Below, piece after piece: positions 41,563 through 51,450 of a stretch of DNA of 64,000 bases. Position 1 is the stretch's first letter; every line of letters begins with the position of its first letter. Below the pieces are notes generated by a model. That model was given only the letters and a program-made list of their open reading frames with translations, had not been told where the DNA came from and did no database searches. The stretch is from an uncultured Chloroflexia bacterium (GTDB lineage Bacteria; Chloroflexota; Limnocylindria; QHBO01). Made by a program: the position numbers and the translations under genes. The stretch is from assembly GCA_963827475.1 (NCBI GenBank), contig CAWHAZ010000005.1, positions 896,001-960,000 on the forward strand, written 5' to 3'.

Positions 41563-44500
41563 TCACCCGGCCAGCCGCAGCGCCAGCCGCAGGGCGACGC
41601 CGTCCACGGTCTCCTCCGCCCGCCCCGTCGCGTCGGAGACGTCCGCGTCGGGACCGATGACCACCGAGACGGCCAGGGTCTCGGCGGCCAGCCAGGCCTC
41701 GTGGGGCGCCAAACGGGTAGCGACCTCGGGGTCCACGCCGATCGCGACCGCGATCCGGTCGCTGATCTCCAGCCCCGCCGCCTTGCGAAGGTTCTGGAGG
41801 CGGTGGGCGACCTCGCGAGCCAACCCCTCGGCGGCGAGCCCCTCGTCGATCGAGGTGTCGAGGGCCACCAGCAGATCGCCCTCGTCGGCGATCTCGTGCC
41901 CCTCACGGGCCCGCGCACTGAGGGTGAACTCGTCGGCGGCGAGCACGACCCCGCCGGCGACGGCACCGCCGTCGCCGGTCAGCGACCAGTCATCGGAGCG
42001 AACTGCGGCCATGATCCGGGCGACGTCCGCCCCGTGTCGCGGACCGATCACCGGCAACAGCGGGTACAGGGTCCGGTCCACGAGCGCCGAGTCGTCCGCG
42101 ATGAGCTCGACCGCCTTGACGTTCAGCTCGTCGCGGACGTGGGTCTCCAGCTCGGCGGCCACGGCCGGGTCGTCGGCGAAGGCGGCCATGCCCGCCGGCA
42201 GGCGAACGCGGACCAGGCGAAGGGGCTGGCGGGTGCGGATCTCGCTGCCGGCGCGCGCCGCCCGGCCGAGGGCCACGACCCGCCGAGTCAGCGCCACGCC
42301 ACGATCGGTGTCCACGTTGGAGCGGCCGCTCGAGGTTGGGAAGTCGGCCAGGTGCACGCTGTCGGGGGCCGCCGGATCGACGCTCCCCACCAGGTTGTGC
42401 CACAGCGCGTCGGCCAAGTGCGGCACGAACGGGGCGAGGACCCGTGACAGGGTCGTCAGCACCTCGTGCAGGGTGGCGTAGGCGGCCCGCTTGTCCGCGT
42501 CCAGCTCACCCTTCCAGAACCGACGCCGGTTGCGGCGGACGTACCAGTTCGACAGGTCGTCGACGAAGGCCTCGACCTGGCGCGCGGCCCGCGCGGCCTC
42601 GTAGGCGTCGAGCGCGGCGCGGACGTCCTCGACCAGGCCGTCCAGGCGGGACAAGATCCATCGGTCCAGCAATGCGAGTTCCGCGCCAGCGTCCCCGTCA
42701 GCCGCCGGCGTCCATCCGTCCAGGCGGGCGTAGGTGACGAGGAAGCTGTAGGTGTTCCACAGCGGCAGGAAGAAGCGGCGCACGACCTCCGCGCCCGGTC
42801 CGTATCCGAAGTTGAGGTTGAGCGCCGGGTTGGCCGAGGCATAGAGCCAGCGCATGACGTCGGCGCCGATCCGCTCGGCGGCCTCGTCGAATGGGATCGC
42901 GTTTCCCTTGCTCTTGTGCATCTCCTCGCCGTGCTCGTCGTGCACGGTGGCGTAGCCGAAGATGGTCCGCGTCATCGGCGCGCCGGCCAGCACGGTCGAC
43001 ATCGTGAGCAGCGCATAGAACCAGTTGCGAAACTGGCCGGGGAAGCCCTCGGTGATGAAGTCGGCCGGGAACCACTCGGCCCAATAGGCCCGGTCGGTGT
43101 TCCATCGGAGCGTGCTGAAGCCCACGATCCCCGCGTCCAGCCACGGATTGCCGACCTCGGCCACGCGACGCGAGCGGCCGCCGCAAGAGGTGCACGCGAT
43201 CTCGACCTCGTCGATGAACGGCTTGTGGGGCGAGTGGCCGTCGAACGCTTCCCAGCCCGCCACCGCGCGCTCGTGCAGCTCGTCGCGGGACCCGATCACC
43301 TCCCACGCGGCACATTCGGCGCACTCCCAGATCGGCAGGGCGAGGCCGTAGTAGCGCTTCTTGCTGATCATCCAGTCGCTCATGTTCCGGAGCCAGTCGA
43401 GCTCGCGCTCCTCCAGGCCGATACCTGGCGGCAGCCACGTGATCTGACGCGTCACGGCGCTGATCGGCTCGCGGAGCGGATCCATGGCGATGAACCACTC
43501 GTCGACGAGGCGGAACAGGAGCTGGGTGCCGCAGCGCCAGCACACCGGGTAGTGGTGGCGATACATCTCGCGGGCGACGAGGAGTCCCTTCGTGGCCAGG
43601 TCCTCGGCGATGGCCGGCGCGAGGTCGTCCGCGGCGTCCGGCGTGGCGCCCGCGAAGCGGCCGGACTGCCAGCCGTAGCCCTCGCGAAACACCCCGGACT
43701 CGTCGATCGGGTCGAGCACCGGCAGCCCGTCCCGCTGGGCCAGGTGGAAGTCCTCTTCGCCGCAGCCTGGCGCGATGTGGACGATCCCCGTCCCCTCGTC
43801 ATCGGTCACCTCGTCCCAGGCGATGACCCAGTGCTGGACACCGGCCTGCGCCGGCAGCTCGTCAAACGGCCCGCGGTAGGTCAGGCCGAGCAGGTCAGAC
43901 CCGCGCGCCTCCCGGAGGACGGCGGCTTCCGACACGACGCGATGCTTCGAGCCGCGGCTGACCCACCATCGGTCGCCATCATTGCCCTCCACCAGCTCGT
44001 ACGTCAGGTCCGGGTGGACGGCGGCGGCCACGTTGCTCGACAGCGTCCACGGCGTGGTCGTCCACACCAGGAGCGACTCGCCCTCGTGCCCGGTCGTGGT
44101 GATTGGCAGGCGGATGGTCAGCGACAGGTGGCTGAGCTCGCGATAGCCCTCGGTCGCGATCTCCATGTTCGAGAGGCCGGTCCCGCAACGTGGGCACCAG
44201 GGCATCACGTCGTGACCCTTGAAGACGAGGCCGCGTGCCTGGCACTCCTTCAGGAACGCCCAGATGGCGTAGTTGTTCTCGTCGCTGTTCGTGAAATAGC
44301 TGTGCTCCCAGTCCATCCACATGCCGAGTCGCCTGCTCTGCTCGGTCTGCAGCGCCGCGAATTTGCTGACGCGTGCCTTGCACAGCTCCACGAAGCGGTC
44401 GACCCCAAACTCCTCGATCTGCCGCTTGTTGTTGAAGCCAAGCTCCTTCTCGACCTCGACCTCGATCCAGAGCCCTTGGCAGTCGAACCCGTTCTGGTAC

Positions 44501-44742
44501 CGCTGCCGCTCGCCGAGCATGGTGTGGTAGCGCTGGTACAGGTCCTTGTAGGTCCGTCCCCAGGCGTGATGGACGCCCATCGGGTTATTCGCCGTGATCG
44601 GCCCGTCGAGGAAGCTGTAGCGCCGCTCGGACGCCTGGTTGCGGGCCAGGTAGCGCGCCTCGGTCTGCTGCTCGCGCCAGCGCTCGATCACCTCCCGCTC
44701 GAGGACAGGCACATCCAGGGCCGAGCTCACCGGCTTGAACAT
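41563..44742 (-). CDS. ileS: Isoleucine--tRNA ligase
   Basis: DGPITAN, WTTTPWTL, GTGIVHIAP, DWMISKKRYYG, EMHKSKGN; upstream T-box with ATC specifier. Confidence 0.95.
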   Translation of the reverse strand: MFKPVSSALDVPVLEREVIERWREQQTEARYLARNQASERRYSFLDGPITANNPMGVHHAWGRTYKDLYQRYHTMLGERQRYQNGFDCQGLWIEVEVEKELGFNNKRQIEEFGVDRFVELCKARVSKFAALQTEQSRRLGMWMDWEHSYFTNSDENNYAIWAFLKECQARGLVFKGHDVMPWCPRCGTGLSNMEIATEGYRELSHLSLTIRLPITTTGHEGESLLVWTTTPWTLSSNVAAAVHPDLTYELVEGNDGDRWWVSRGSKHRVVSEAAVLREARGSDLLGLTYRGPFDELPAQAGVQHWVIAWDEVTDDEGTGIVHIAPGCGEEDFHLAQRDGLPVLDPIDESGVFREGYGWQSGRFAGATPDAADDLAPAIAEDLATKGLLVAREMYRHHYPVCWRCGTQLLFRLVDEWFIAMDPLREPISAVTRQITWLPPGIGLEERELDWLRNMSDWMISKKRYYGLALPIWECAECAAWEVIGSRDELHERAVAGWEAFDGHSPHKPFIDEVEIACTSCGGRSRRVAEVGNPWLDAGIVGFSTLRWNTDRAYWAEWFPADFITEGFPGQFRNWFYALLTMSTVLAGAPMTRTIFGYATVHDEHGEEMHKSKGNAIPFDEAAERIGADVMRWLYASANPALNLNFGYGPGAEVVRRFFLPLWNTYSFLVTYARLDGWTPAADGDAGAELALLDRWILSRLDGLVEDVRAALDAYEAARAARQVEAFVDDLSNWYVRRNRRRFWKGELDADKRAAYATLHEVLTTLSRVLAPFVPHLADALWHNLVGSVDPAAPDSVHLADFPTSSGRSNVDTDRGVALTRRVVALGRAARAGSEIRTRQPLRLVRVRLPAGMAAFADDPAVAAELETHVRDELNVKAVELIADDSALVDRTLYPLLPVIGPRHGADVARIMAAVRSDDWSLTGDGGAVAGGVVLAADEFTLSARAREGHEIADEGDLLVALDTSIDEGLAAEGLAREVAHRLQNLRKAAGLEISDRIAVAIGVDPEVATRLAPHEAWLAAETLAVSVVIGPDADVSDATGRAEETVDGVALRLALRLAG

Positions 44743-44779
44743 CTGCTGGCTCACCTCCCGGACTGGCCTGACATGCACG

Positions 44780-45075
44780 AATCCCGCCCCGAACGTGCCG
44801 GGACGGGATTGCTGATCCCGCGGTACCACCCGCGCTTGGGCGCCGCATGCGGCGCTCCACTCGTCGCGCCACCAGGTCGCGGATGGACCGATGACGCCGC
44901 CATGGCTAACGGGCGGCGGGCCCGGGAGGCGTTACGCGCGGCGCCACGAGGGCGTCGCTTGGCGCCTCCGGCTCGGGAGAGATGGCTGCTGGCCGGTCAC
45001 CGCCCGCTTCCACCGTTCGGGCTCGCTGGGGATGCCGATCGCCAGCTGCGCTGGCTCCGTCAAGGCCGGTCTTCG
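44780..45075 (-). ncRNA. T-box riboswitch (Ile) leader
   Basis: GGTGGTACCGCG at 44819-44830; stem I AGCGAG and GGTGGAAG motifs; ATC specifier 44981-44983; CCGTTA box; TACCAT -10 upstream. Confidence 0.88.
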
Positions 45076-45104
45076 ATTGGACCGATGGTACCCGACCGTC
45101 GGCG

Positions 45105-46443
45105 TCAGCCGATGAGCGCCCGGGCGACCAGGGCAAGGCTGATCACCGCTGCGATCGAGGTCAGCCCCGCCAGCCGCGGCCAGCGGCTGCGCGCCAGCCA
45201 GGCAGCCAGCACGGCGATCGGTCCACACAGGAGGAGGGCGGCACCGATGGGATCGAGCCCGGCGGCGGCCGGCCGTGAGCCGACGAACACCGCCAGCGCC
45301 CAGACGATGGCCGCCACGGCGAGCGGCCCGCCGAGCAGCGCGACGTCGGGCCATAGGGAAGCTGGCCCGATGCGGCGGCCTGCGGGGCGCTGGGGGCGGC
45401 GTCGCGGCAGGGCTCGCGGAATGGCCCGAGCCCTCGCCGGGGCTGTTGCCGCGGGCGGGATCAGGGCGGCGGCGGGGGTTGGGACCGAGGGTGCAGCGGC
45501 GGGCACGGCCGCGACCGTGGGCTGGACCGCGGCCGCCGGTGGTGCGGCGGCAATGGTCTGGCGCGACCGGCGGGAAGGCCGCGGCAGCGCGTCCCGGCAG
45601 GGTCATCGCCGCCGCGCTGGCGGACAGGCTGGCCGCCGCCTGTTCGCTCTGGGCCCCGGTGATCGCCGCTCGCCGTTCGGAAGCCATGCGCTCCTCGAGC
45701 TCCATGCGCTCGATGCCGGTCATCGGCCGCGGGGGCGCGGCGGGCTCCGCGGGACGCGGCAGTGGCATCGCCGCGGGCGGTGGGGCTGGGGCCGGGACTG
45801 GAGCCGCAGCTGCCGTGGCCGCGACCGCAGCCGCCGGCGCGAACGGAGCAGACGCGCTTCCGGCCGCTTCCGCTGCCATGTCAGGCGTGGGTGGCGGAGA
45901 TGGCCGGGCGGCACGGGTCCGGGCAGCGGCGATCAGGGCATCCACCAGCTCCTTCTCCCCGACGCTGGCGATCGCCACCCGTCCCTGCTCGGTGGGGACG
46001 AGGATGACCGAGGGCGTGGCGCCGAGCCGGATGACCTCGACCCGCTCCCCGCCACTGAGGGTGGCCCGACCCGCAGCGAACCCGAGGGCAGCCGTTCCGG
46101 GTCGCGCCGCGACGCGCCCGATTCCGCTCGACGCCACCCGGCTCAGGTCTCCGCGGACCAGGTGGTATCGGCGATCCACGCCCATCCCGGTCAGATGCAG
46201 GTAGTCCGTCTCGACCGCCAGCCGGAGGGAGCGGACGCGCAGCGCGAGAGCGGCGCCGAGCACGGCGAGCGCCAGGCCCACCCCCGCCAGGACGATCATC
46301 GGCGCACCGGTCAGGAGGACGAACGCGACGCCGGCGGAGGCCGCTCCAAGGAGCACGAGCAGCGCCGGGATCGCGAGCGTCGTGCGCGCGTCACGCGCGA
46401 GCTGCACGCGCGCGAGCGGTGTCGGGGTCGTCGAAGCGGTCAC
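45105..46443 (-). CDS. Membrane protein with PH-like domain and Pro/Ala linker; frameshift near 45570
   Basis: Two N-terminal TMs, beta-rich segment, C-terminal TMs in ORF 45105..45506. Confidence 0.6.
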
Positions 46444-46477
46444 CGAGCCGAGCCCCCACGCCGCGCCATGGCGGCGA

Positions 46478-47449
46478 TCAGTAGACCGGCGTCAGCCAGC
46501 CGCGGTAGGTCTCGGACCGGCCTCGTACGGCGTCGAAGTAGATCTTGTGCAGGCGCCGGGTGATCGGTCCCGGCGCTCCGGAGCCGATCGGGCGGTTGTC
46601 GACCTCGATGACCGGAGCGAGCTGGGCACCGGTTCCGCACAGGAACAGCTCGTCGGCCTGGTACAGCTCGGTCCGGTCGATGACCCGCTCCACGACGCCA
46701 ATGCCGAGGTCGCCGGCGACCTCCATGATGTGGCGCCGGGTGATGCCCTCGAGCACGTTGTCGGTCACGGCCGGGGTGATGAGCACGCCGTCGCGGATGA
46801 TGAACAGGTTCTCCGCGCTGCCCTCGCTGACGTGGCCGTCCTGGGTCAGCATGATCGCCTCGTCGTAGCCGTTGAGCTGGGCTTCCGACTTGGCCAGCGC
46901 GCTGTTGACGTAGCCGCCGGTGATCTTGCTGCGCGCCGGAATCGCGTTGTCGTCGTTCCGGCGCCAGCTGCTGACCTGGGCCCGGATGCCGCTCTCGGTG
47001 TCGATGTACTTGCCGAACGGCAGGGTGAAGATGACGAGATCGGTCTCGAGGTTGTGCAGCCGGACGCCAACGGCTTCGGTCGACTTGTAGAGGATCGGCC
47101 GGATGTAGGCGTCCTCCCGCATCTCGCACCGCCGGAGCATCTCGCAGGTGACGTCGACCAGCTCCTCTGCCGAGTGACGAAGGTCGAGTTGGAGGATCGG
47201 CGCCGACCGGTGCAGGCGCTGGTAGTGCGCGAGCAGGTCCAACCCGAACAGCTGCTCCTGCTCGGGGTTCCAGTACGCCCGGACGCCCTCGAACACCGCC
47301 GTGCCGTAGTTGAAGGCATGGGTCGTGACGCTGATCTTCGCCTCGTTGAGGGGGACCAGCTCGCCACGGAAGAAGGCCCACAGGCCCTCCGTCGAACGCG
47401 GATGGGGATGCATGCCAGTCGAGGGCTCCTGCTTCAGCATCGCACTCAC
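46478..47449 (-). CDS. ilvE: Branched-chain amino acid aminotransferase
   Basis: YGTAVFEG, YIRP, KITGGYVNS, EGSAENLF, LEGITR. Confidence 0.95.
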   Translation of the reverse strand: MSAMLKQEPSTGMHPHPRSTEGLWAFFRGELVPLNEAKISVTTHAFNYGTAVFEGVRAYWNPEQEQLFGLDLLAHYQRLHRSAPILQLDLRHSAEELVDVTCEMLRRCEMREDAYIRPILYKSTEAVGVRLHNLETDLVIFTLPFGKYIDTESGIRAQVSSWRRNDDNAIPARSKITGGYVNSALAKSEAQLNGYDEAIMLTQDGHVSEGSAENLFIIRDGVLITPAVTDNVLEGITRRHIMEVAGDLGIGVVERVIDRTELYQADELFLCGTGAQLAPVIEVDNRPIGSGAPGPITRRLHKIYFDAVRGRSETYRGWLTPVY

Positions 47450-47519
47450 CTCACTGGCCGGGACGCGTGGGCGGGACGAAGTCTCGGCACCGGCGCGAAG
47501 TATACGCCCGGCCCATCGC

Positions 47520-48614
47520 TCAGCCGCTTCCCGGCAGGAAGAGGACCGCGAGGATGTAGATCAGGTAGATCGGTCCACCAATGAGCAGCGCCGCGGCGCG
47601 CAGGCGGTGGGTGCGCATCATCGGTCCGAGGATGAGCAGGGTGGCCAGGATTGCGGCTCCGGCGGAGGCGAACGACAGCGCGTTCTCGGCGGTGAACGCC
47701 CAGCTCGTGAACAGGATGCCGATGGCGGTCGGGAAGCAGGCCTGGAACACCATCGCCCCGGTGATGTTGCCCATGGCCAGGGTGTCCTTGCGGGTCCGCA
47801 CCCAGAGCACGCTGTTGAACTTCTCGGGCAGCTCGGTGGCGATGGGGGCCACGATGAGGGCGAACAGCCGCGGGTCGAAGCCAATCGCGAGCGAGATGGT
47901 GTCCAGCGCGGTGATGAACATCCGAGCGCCGAGGATGATCATCGCGAGGGCCACCAGCGTCTGGGCCACGATGATCCACAGCCGCGGCTGGCCGTGGTGC
48001 TCGACCGGGGTCTCCTCGTCGGGGCGGTGGATACCGATGTCGCCGCCCAGCCAGGGCAGCCGGATCGCGTGCAGCAGCGCGAGCTCCGGGGCTTCTGCCG
48101 ATCCCTCCTGGCGGAAGTGGGCGCGGACGTAGACCGCGTAGATCACGAACAGCGCGATCACGACCGCATAGTCCGCCCAGCGCCAGTCCTCGGGCAGGAA
48201 GGCGGCGCCGATCGCCAGCCCATAGCCGACCAGGAAGAAGACGACGTCCTGGGCCATCACCCCGACGTTGACGTTCATGTCGGAGGTTCGGCTGCCGCGC
48301 CGCGTCAGGATGAGCACGGCGAGGCCGGTGATGAACATCGCCAGCGTGGCCAGCGTGAACGGCGCGCCGAGGATGGCGCCGACCCCGATCTCCTCCGAAC
48401 CGGCCGTCGGCTCGCGCCCGGTGACGATCGGCCCGACGATGGCGATGACCGGGATCAGCGTTTCGGGCAGGGCGGTGGCGACCGCAGCCAGGACGCTTCC
48501 AACCGCGCCTTCTCCGAGGTTCAGGCGGTGGCCGAACCACTCGATGCCGTTCGTGAACAGCTCGGCGCCGACCAGGATGACGGCCAGCGCGATGACGAAG
48601 ACGAGGATTTCCAT
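47520..48614 (-). CDS. Sodium:calcium antiporter (CaCA family)
   Basis: Alpha-repeat motifs ATALPE and ATELPEK; ~10 TMs. Confidence 0.85.
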   Translation of the reverse strand: MEILVFVIALAVILVGAELFTNGIEWFGHRLNLGEGAVGSVLAAVATALPETLIPVIAIVGPIVTGREPTAGSEEIGVGAILGAPFTLATLAMFITGLAVLILTRRGSRTSDMNVNVGVMAQDVVFFLVGYGLAIGAAFLPEDWRWADYAVVIALFVIYAVYVRAHFRQEGSAEAPELALLHAIRLPWLGGDIGIHRPDEETPVEHHGQPRLWIIVAQTLVALAMIILGARMFITALDTISLAIGFDPRLFALIVAPIATELPEKFNSVLWVRTRKDTLAMGNITGAMVFQACFPTAIGILFTSWAFTAENALSFASAGAAILATLLILGPMMRTHRLRAAALLIGGPIYLIYILAVLFLPGSG

Positions 48615-48638
48615 CGCCGGGGTCAGCCCGTCAGCGGG

Positions 48639-48917
48639 TCAGGGTCGGACGTGCTGGGGCGCGATGGGCAGGAGCGCGACTTGTCGGGCGCGCTTGAGGG
48701 CCACGGTCAGCATGCGCTGGTGGCGGGCGCAGGTCCCGGTCTTGCGGCGGGGTTCGATCTTGGCCCGCTCCGAGAGGTATCGGCGCAGGCGGTTGACCTC
48801 CTTGTAGTCGATGGCCTCGACCTTGTCGACGCAGAAGTTGCAGACCTTGCGCCGACGGCGGTCGCGGTAGTAGTCGGCCGTCTCTCGGCGGCGGGGACGT
48901 GCGTTGCTGGGTGGCAT
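48639..48917 (-). CDS. rpsR: 30S ribosomal protein S18
   Basis: [20 protein letters not shown]. Confidence 0.97.
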   Translation of the reverse strand: MPPSNARPRRRETADYYRDRRRRKVCNFCVDKVEAIDYKEVNRLRRYLSERAKIEPRRKTGTCARHQRMLTVALKRARQVALLPIAPQHVRP

Positions 48918-48937
48918 AAGCGATCGGATCCTCGGGC

Positions 48938-49411
48938 TCAGAAGGGAATGTCGTCGAGATCAACGGTCTCGGTTGAGGCCTGCTCGCCAGGGCCGGCTGT
49001 GGCGCCGGCCGGAGCGCCGCGCGGCACCGCCGCGGGCGGGGCGTCGCTGGCGGAGTCGCCGATCCCGAAGCCCTCGCCCGGGTCGCGGCGCTCGAGCGAG
49101 ATGACCCGCGCGAAGCGGATCTCGACCGAGGAGCGCTTCTGCCCGTCATTGCCTTCGTACTCGCGAACGCGGAGCTGGCCTTCGGCGAAGACCTTGTTCC
49201 CCTTGCGGAACCGCTCGGCGGCGCGCTCGGCGGCCTGGTCCCAGAGCTCCACCCGGAACCACTGGGTCTCCTCGATCCACTCGCCGTCCGGACCCTTGCG
49301 GTTGTCGTTCACCGCCACCCGCAGGTTCGTCACGGCCTTGCCGGCTGGCGTGTAGCGCAGCTCCGGGTCCGCGCCCAGGTTGCCGATGATCATCATCTTG
49401 TTCAGGGTCAT
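48938..49411 (-). CDS. ssb: Single-stranded DNA-binding protein
   Basis: [13 protein letters not shown]; C-terminal DDIPF. Confidence 0.97.
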   Translation of the reverse strand: MTLNKMMIIGNLGADPELRYTPAGKAVTNLRVAVNDNRKGPDGEWIEETQWFRVELWDQAAERAAERFRKGNKVFAEGQLRVREYEGNDGQKRSSVEIRFARVISLERRDPGEGFGIGDSASDAPPAAVPRGAPAGATAGPGEQASTETVDLDDIPF

Positions 49412-49908
49412 CCCGCCACCTCCTCCGGCGCGCTCACGGCCACCGGTTCGTCTTCTTGGTCGTCGTCCGAGCCTTGGTCGGCGTCCGAGTCGTCAATTTC
49501 GAGCGCGGTGCTCGTCTCCTCGCCGGTCCCGGTGCCCGGCTCCACGTCCGGCGGTGGGGCGAGAATCTCCTCGCCCTCGACGGACGAGTCCTCGGCCTCC
49601 GCGTCTCCAGCCCGGCGGTGGCGAGGCTCCAGCACCACGACCAGGTGCCGGAGGATCTCCTCGCTGATGAGCAGGCCGCGCTCGATTTCACGGACGGCCG
49701 CGGGCTCGATATCGAAGTGGATGAGGAAGTACGACGCGTCCCGATGATGCTGGATGGGATACGCGAGCCGCCGCTTCCCCCACGGCGAGATCTTCGACAG
49801 GCTGCCCCCGGCGTTCACGATGGCGCGCGTCACGCGCTCGACCGCCGACTGGAGCTGGTCGTCCTCCATGTCGGGGCGGAACAGGAGCATGAGTTCGTAT
49901 CGGCGCAC
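49408..49908 (-). CDS. rpsF: 30S ribosomal protein S6 with acidic tail
   Basis: RRYELM, WGKRRLAYPI, ILRHL; GGCTATACT upstream. Confidence 0.95.
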   Translation of the reverse strand: MRRYELMLLFRPDMEDDQLQSAVERVTRAIVNAGGSLSKISPWGKRRLAYPIQHHRDASYFLIHFDIEPAAVREIERGLLISEEILRHLVVVLEPRHRRAGDAEAEDSSVEGEEILAPPPDVEPGTGTGEETSTALEIDDSDADQGSDDDQEDEPVAVSAPEEVAG

Positions 49909-50111
49909 GGGCCGGGACTCCTCTCTGTGGGTTTGCGGCACGCGCCGATGCGGTGCGGCAGAAAGGGATGGGACACGACTGCCTCCAGTCGGAGGCGCGA
50001 GCCGAGTATAGCCGAGCCCTTCCGGCACCGCGTTTGGCGCGGGAGCCGGTCGCCGACTATCCTGAGGTGCTGGCGTCCCTCGACGCTCGCCATTCCACTG
50101 TGAGGCTGCCC

Positions 50112-51323
50112 GTGTCGCGTCGCCCAACCATTCTCATCTGCGCCCCTGACGAGGCGCTCCGGGCCGCGCTGCACGGCGCCCTGACCGCGTCCGACCAGGA
50201 CGTCCGCGAGGTGGCCACCGCGGCCGAGGCGATCGTCGCCCTCGGCGACGGCGAAATCGACCTGGTCATCGCCGAGGGGCTCACCGCCTCGGGCGCCATC
50301 GACTCCCTTCGTTCGGCGCGCGCCGACGAGAGCATCCCGATCCTGGTCGTCGCGCCGGTGGGCGACGTGGAAGCCCGGATCGCCTTCCTCGAGGCCGGCG
50401 CGGACGACGTCATCGAGGGTGGCTTCGCCCGTCGCGAGCTCGAGGCCCGAGTGCACGCGCTCCTCATCCGGGCCGGGACGGTCGCACCCGGGCCGAGCAG
50501 CCCGGGCGCGGGCCAGACCATCGCCTTCTTCTCGCCGAAGGGCGGCGTCGGCACCACGGCCCTGGCGGTGAACTGCGCGGCGCTGCTGGCCAGCGGCGGC
50601 GGCGGCTCGGAAGTCGTGGGCGCGGGCGTGGTCCTCGTCGACCTCGACCTCCAGTTCGGCCAGGTGGCGACCCACCTCAACCTCACCCCGAAGCTGGACT
50701 TCTCCCGACTGGCGACCGACGACGTGGCCCGGACCGATCCCGAGGCGCTGGAGGCGTACCTGACCCCGCACTCCTCCGGGCTCAAGGTGCTTGCCGCACC
50801 GACGAGCCCCGACAGCGCGGCCCGCATCAGCGTGGAGGAGGTCGAGCAGGTCATCGGCACGCTGCGCACGACGTTCGACTTCGTGGTGGTCGACTGCGGC
50901 ACGCGGCTCGACCCGCGGACGATCTGGGTTCTCGAGCAGGCCCAGGAGATCGTGTACGTCGTCTTTCCCGAGCTCGGCTCGCTGCGAGCGATGAGTGACC
51001 TCATCCAGTTCCTCGGCGAGGCCGCGGTGCTCCAGGGCCGGACCCACTTCGTGGTCAACCACATCTCCGCCCGCGAGCTGCTGAAGACGCGGGACGTCGA
51101 GAACCTGCTCCGCTCCCGGCCCACGGCCGAGATCCCGTTCGCGGACGTGGACATGATCCGCTCGGTGAACGAGGGCGCCCCGATCGTCCTGTCGCGACCG
51201 AGCTCGCCGGTCGGGCTCGCGATCCAGCGGCTGGCGGCTGCCCTGGTCGGGGCCGAGGTCCGATCCAGCTCGCGGCCCCCGAAGGCCTCGAAGGAGCGCC
51301 GACCGCTCTTCAGCCGCGGCTAG
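50112..51323 (+). CDS. CpaE/TadZ-like protein (pseudo-receiver + MinD/ParA-like ATPase)
   Basis: Receiver-like N-terminus (FLEAGADD); SPKGGVGTT, DLDLQFG, FDFVVVD, SVNEG. Confidence 0.85.
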   Translation: MSRRPTILICAPDEALRAALHGALTASDQDVREVATAAEAIVALGDGEIDLVIAEGLTASGAIDSLRSARADESIPILVVAPVGDVEARIAFLEAGADDVIEGGFARRELEARVHALLIRAGTVAPGPSSPGAGQTIAFFSPKGGVGTTALAVNCAALLASGGGGSEVVGAGVVLVDLDLQFGQVATHLNLTPKLDFSRLATDDVARTDPEALEAYLTPHSSGLKVLAAPTSPDSAARISVEEVEQVIGTLRTTFDFVVVDCGTRLDPRTIWVLEQAQEIVYVVFPELGSLRAMSDLIQFLGEAAVLQGRTHFVVNHISARELLKTRDVENLLRSRPTAEIPFADVDMIRSVNEGAPIVLSRPSSPVGLAIQRLAAALVGAEVRSSSRPPKASKERRPLFSRG

Positions 51324-51336
51324 ACGATCCAGGTCC

Positions 51337-51435
51337 TGGTGCCGGAGGAGGGATTCGAACCCCCACGCCCCCGAGAGGGCAGCGGAGTTGAAGACTCAGC
51401 CCGACCGTCCGCCGACGTTCGGGATTGTACGGCCC
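51337..51435 (-). repeat. att-like site 1: degenerate 3' half of tRNA-Leu(UAA) plus conserved arm
   Basis: 51337-51393 matches 62823-62879 with 3 mismatches; 51394-51435 matches 54034-54075 at 34/42. Confidence 0.88.
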
Positions 51436-51450
51436 CGACGCGCGCTTCCT

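Noticed and set aside
42466-46563. 1365-aa plus-strand ORF and other long antisense ORFs (e.g. 36681-39488, 7624-9825)
   Set aside because: Antisense shadows of ileS, priA and cdsA/uppS in high-GC DNA; no recognisable motifs
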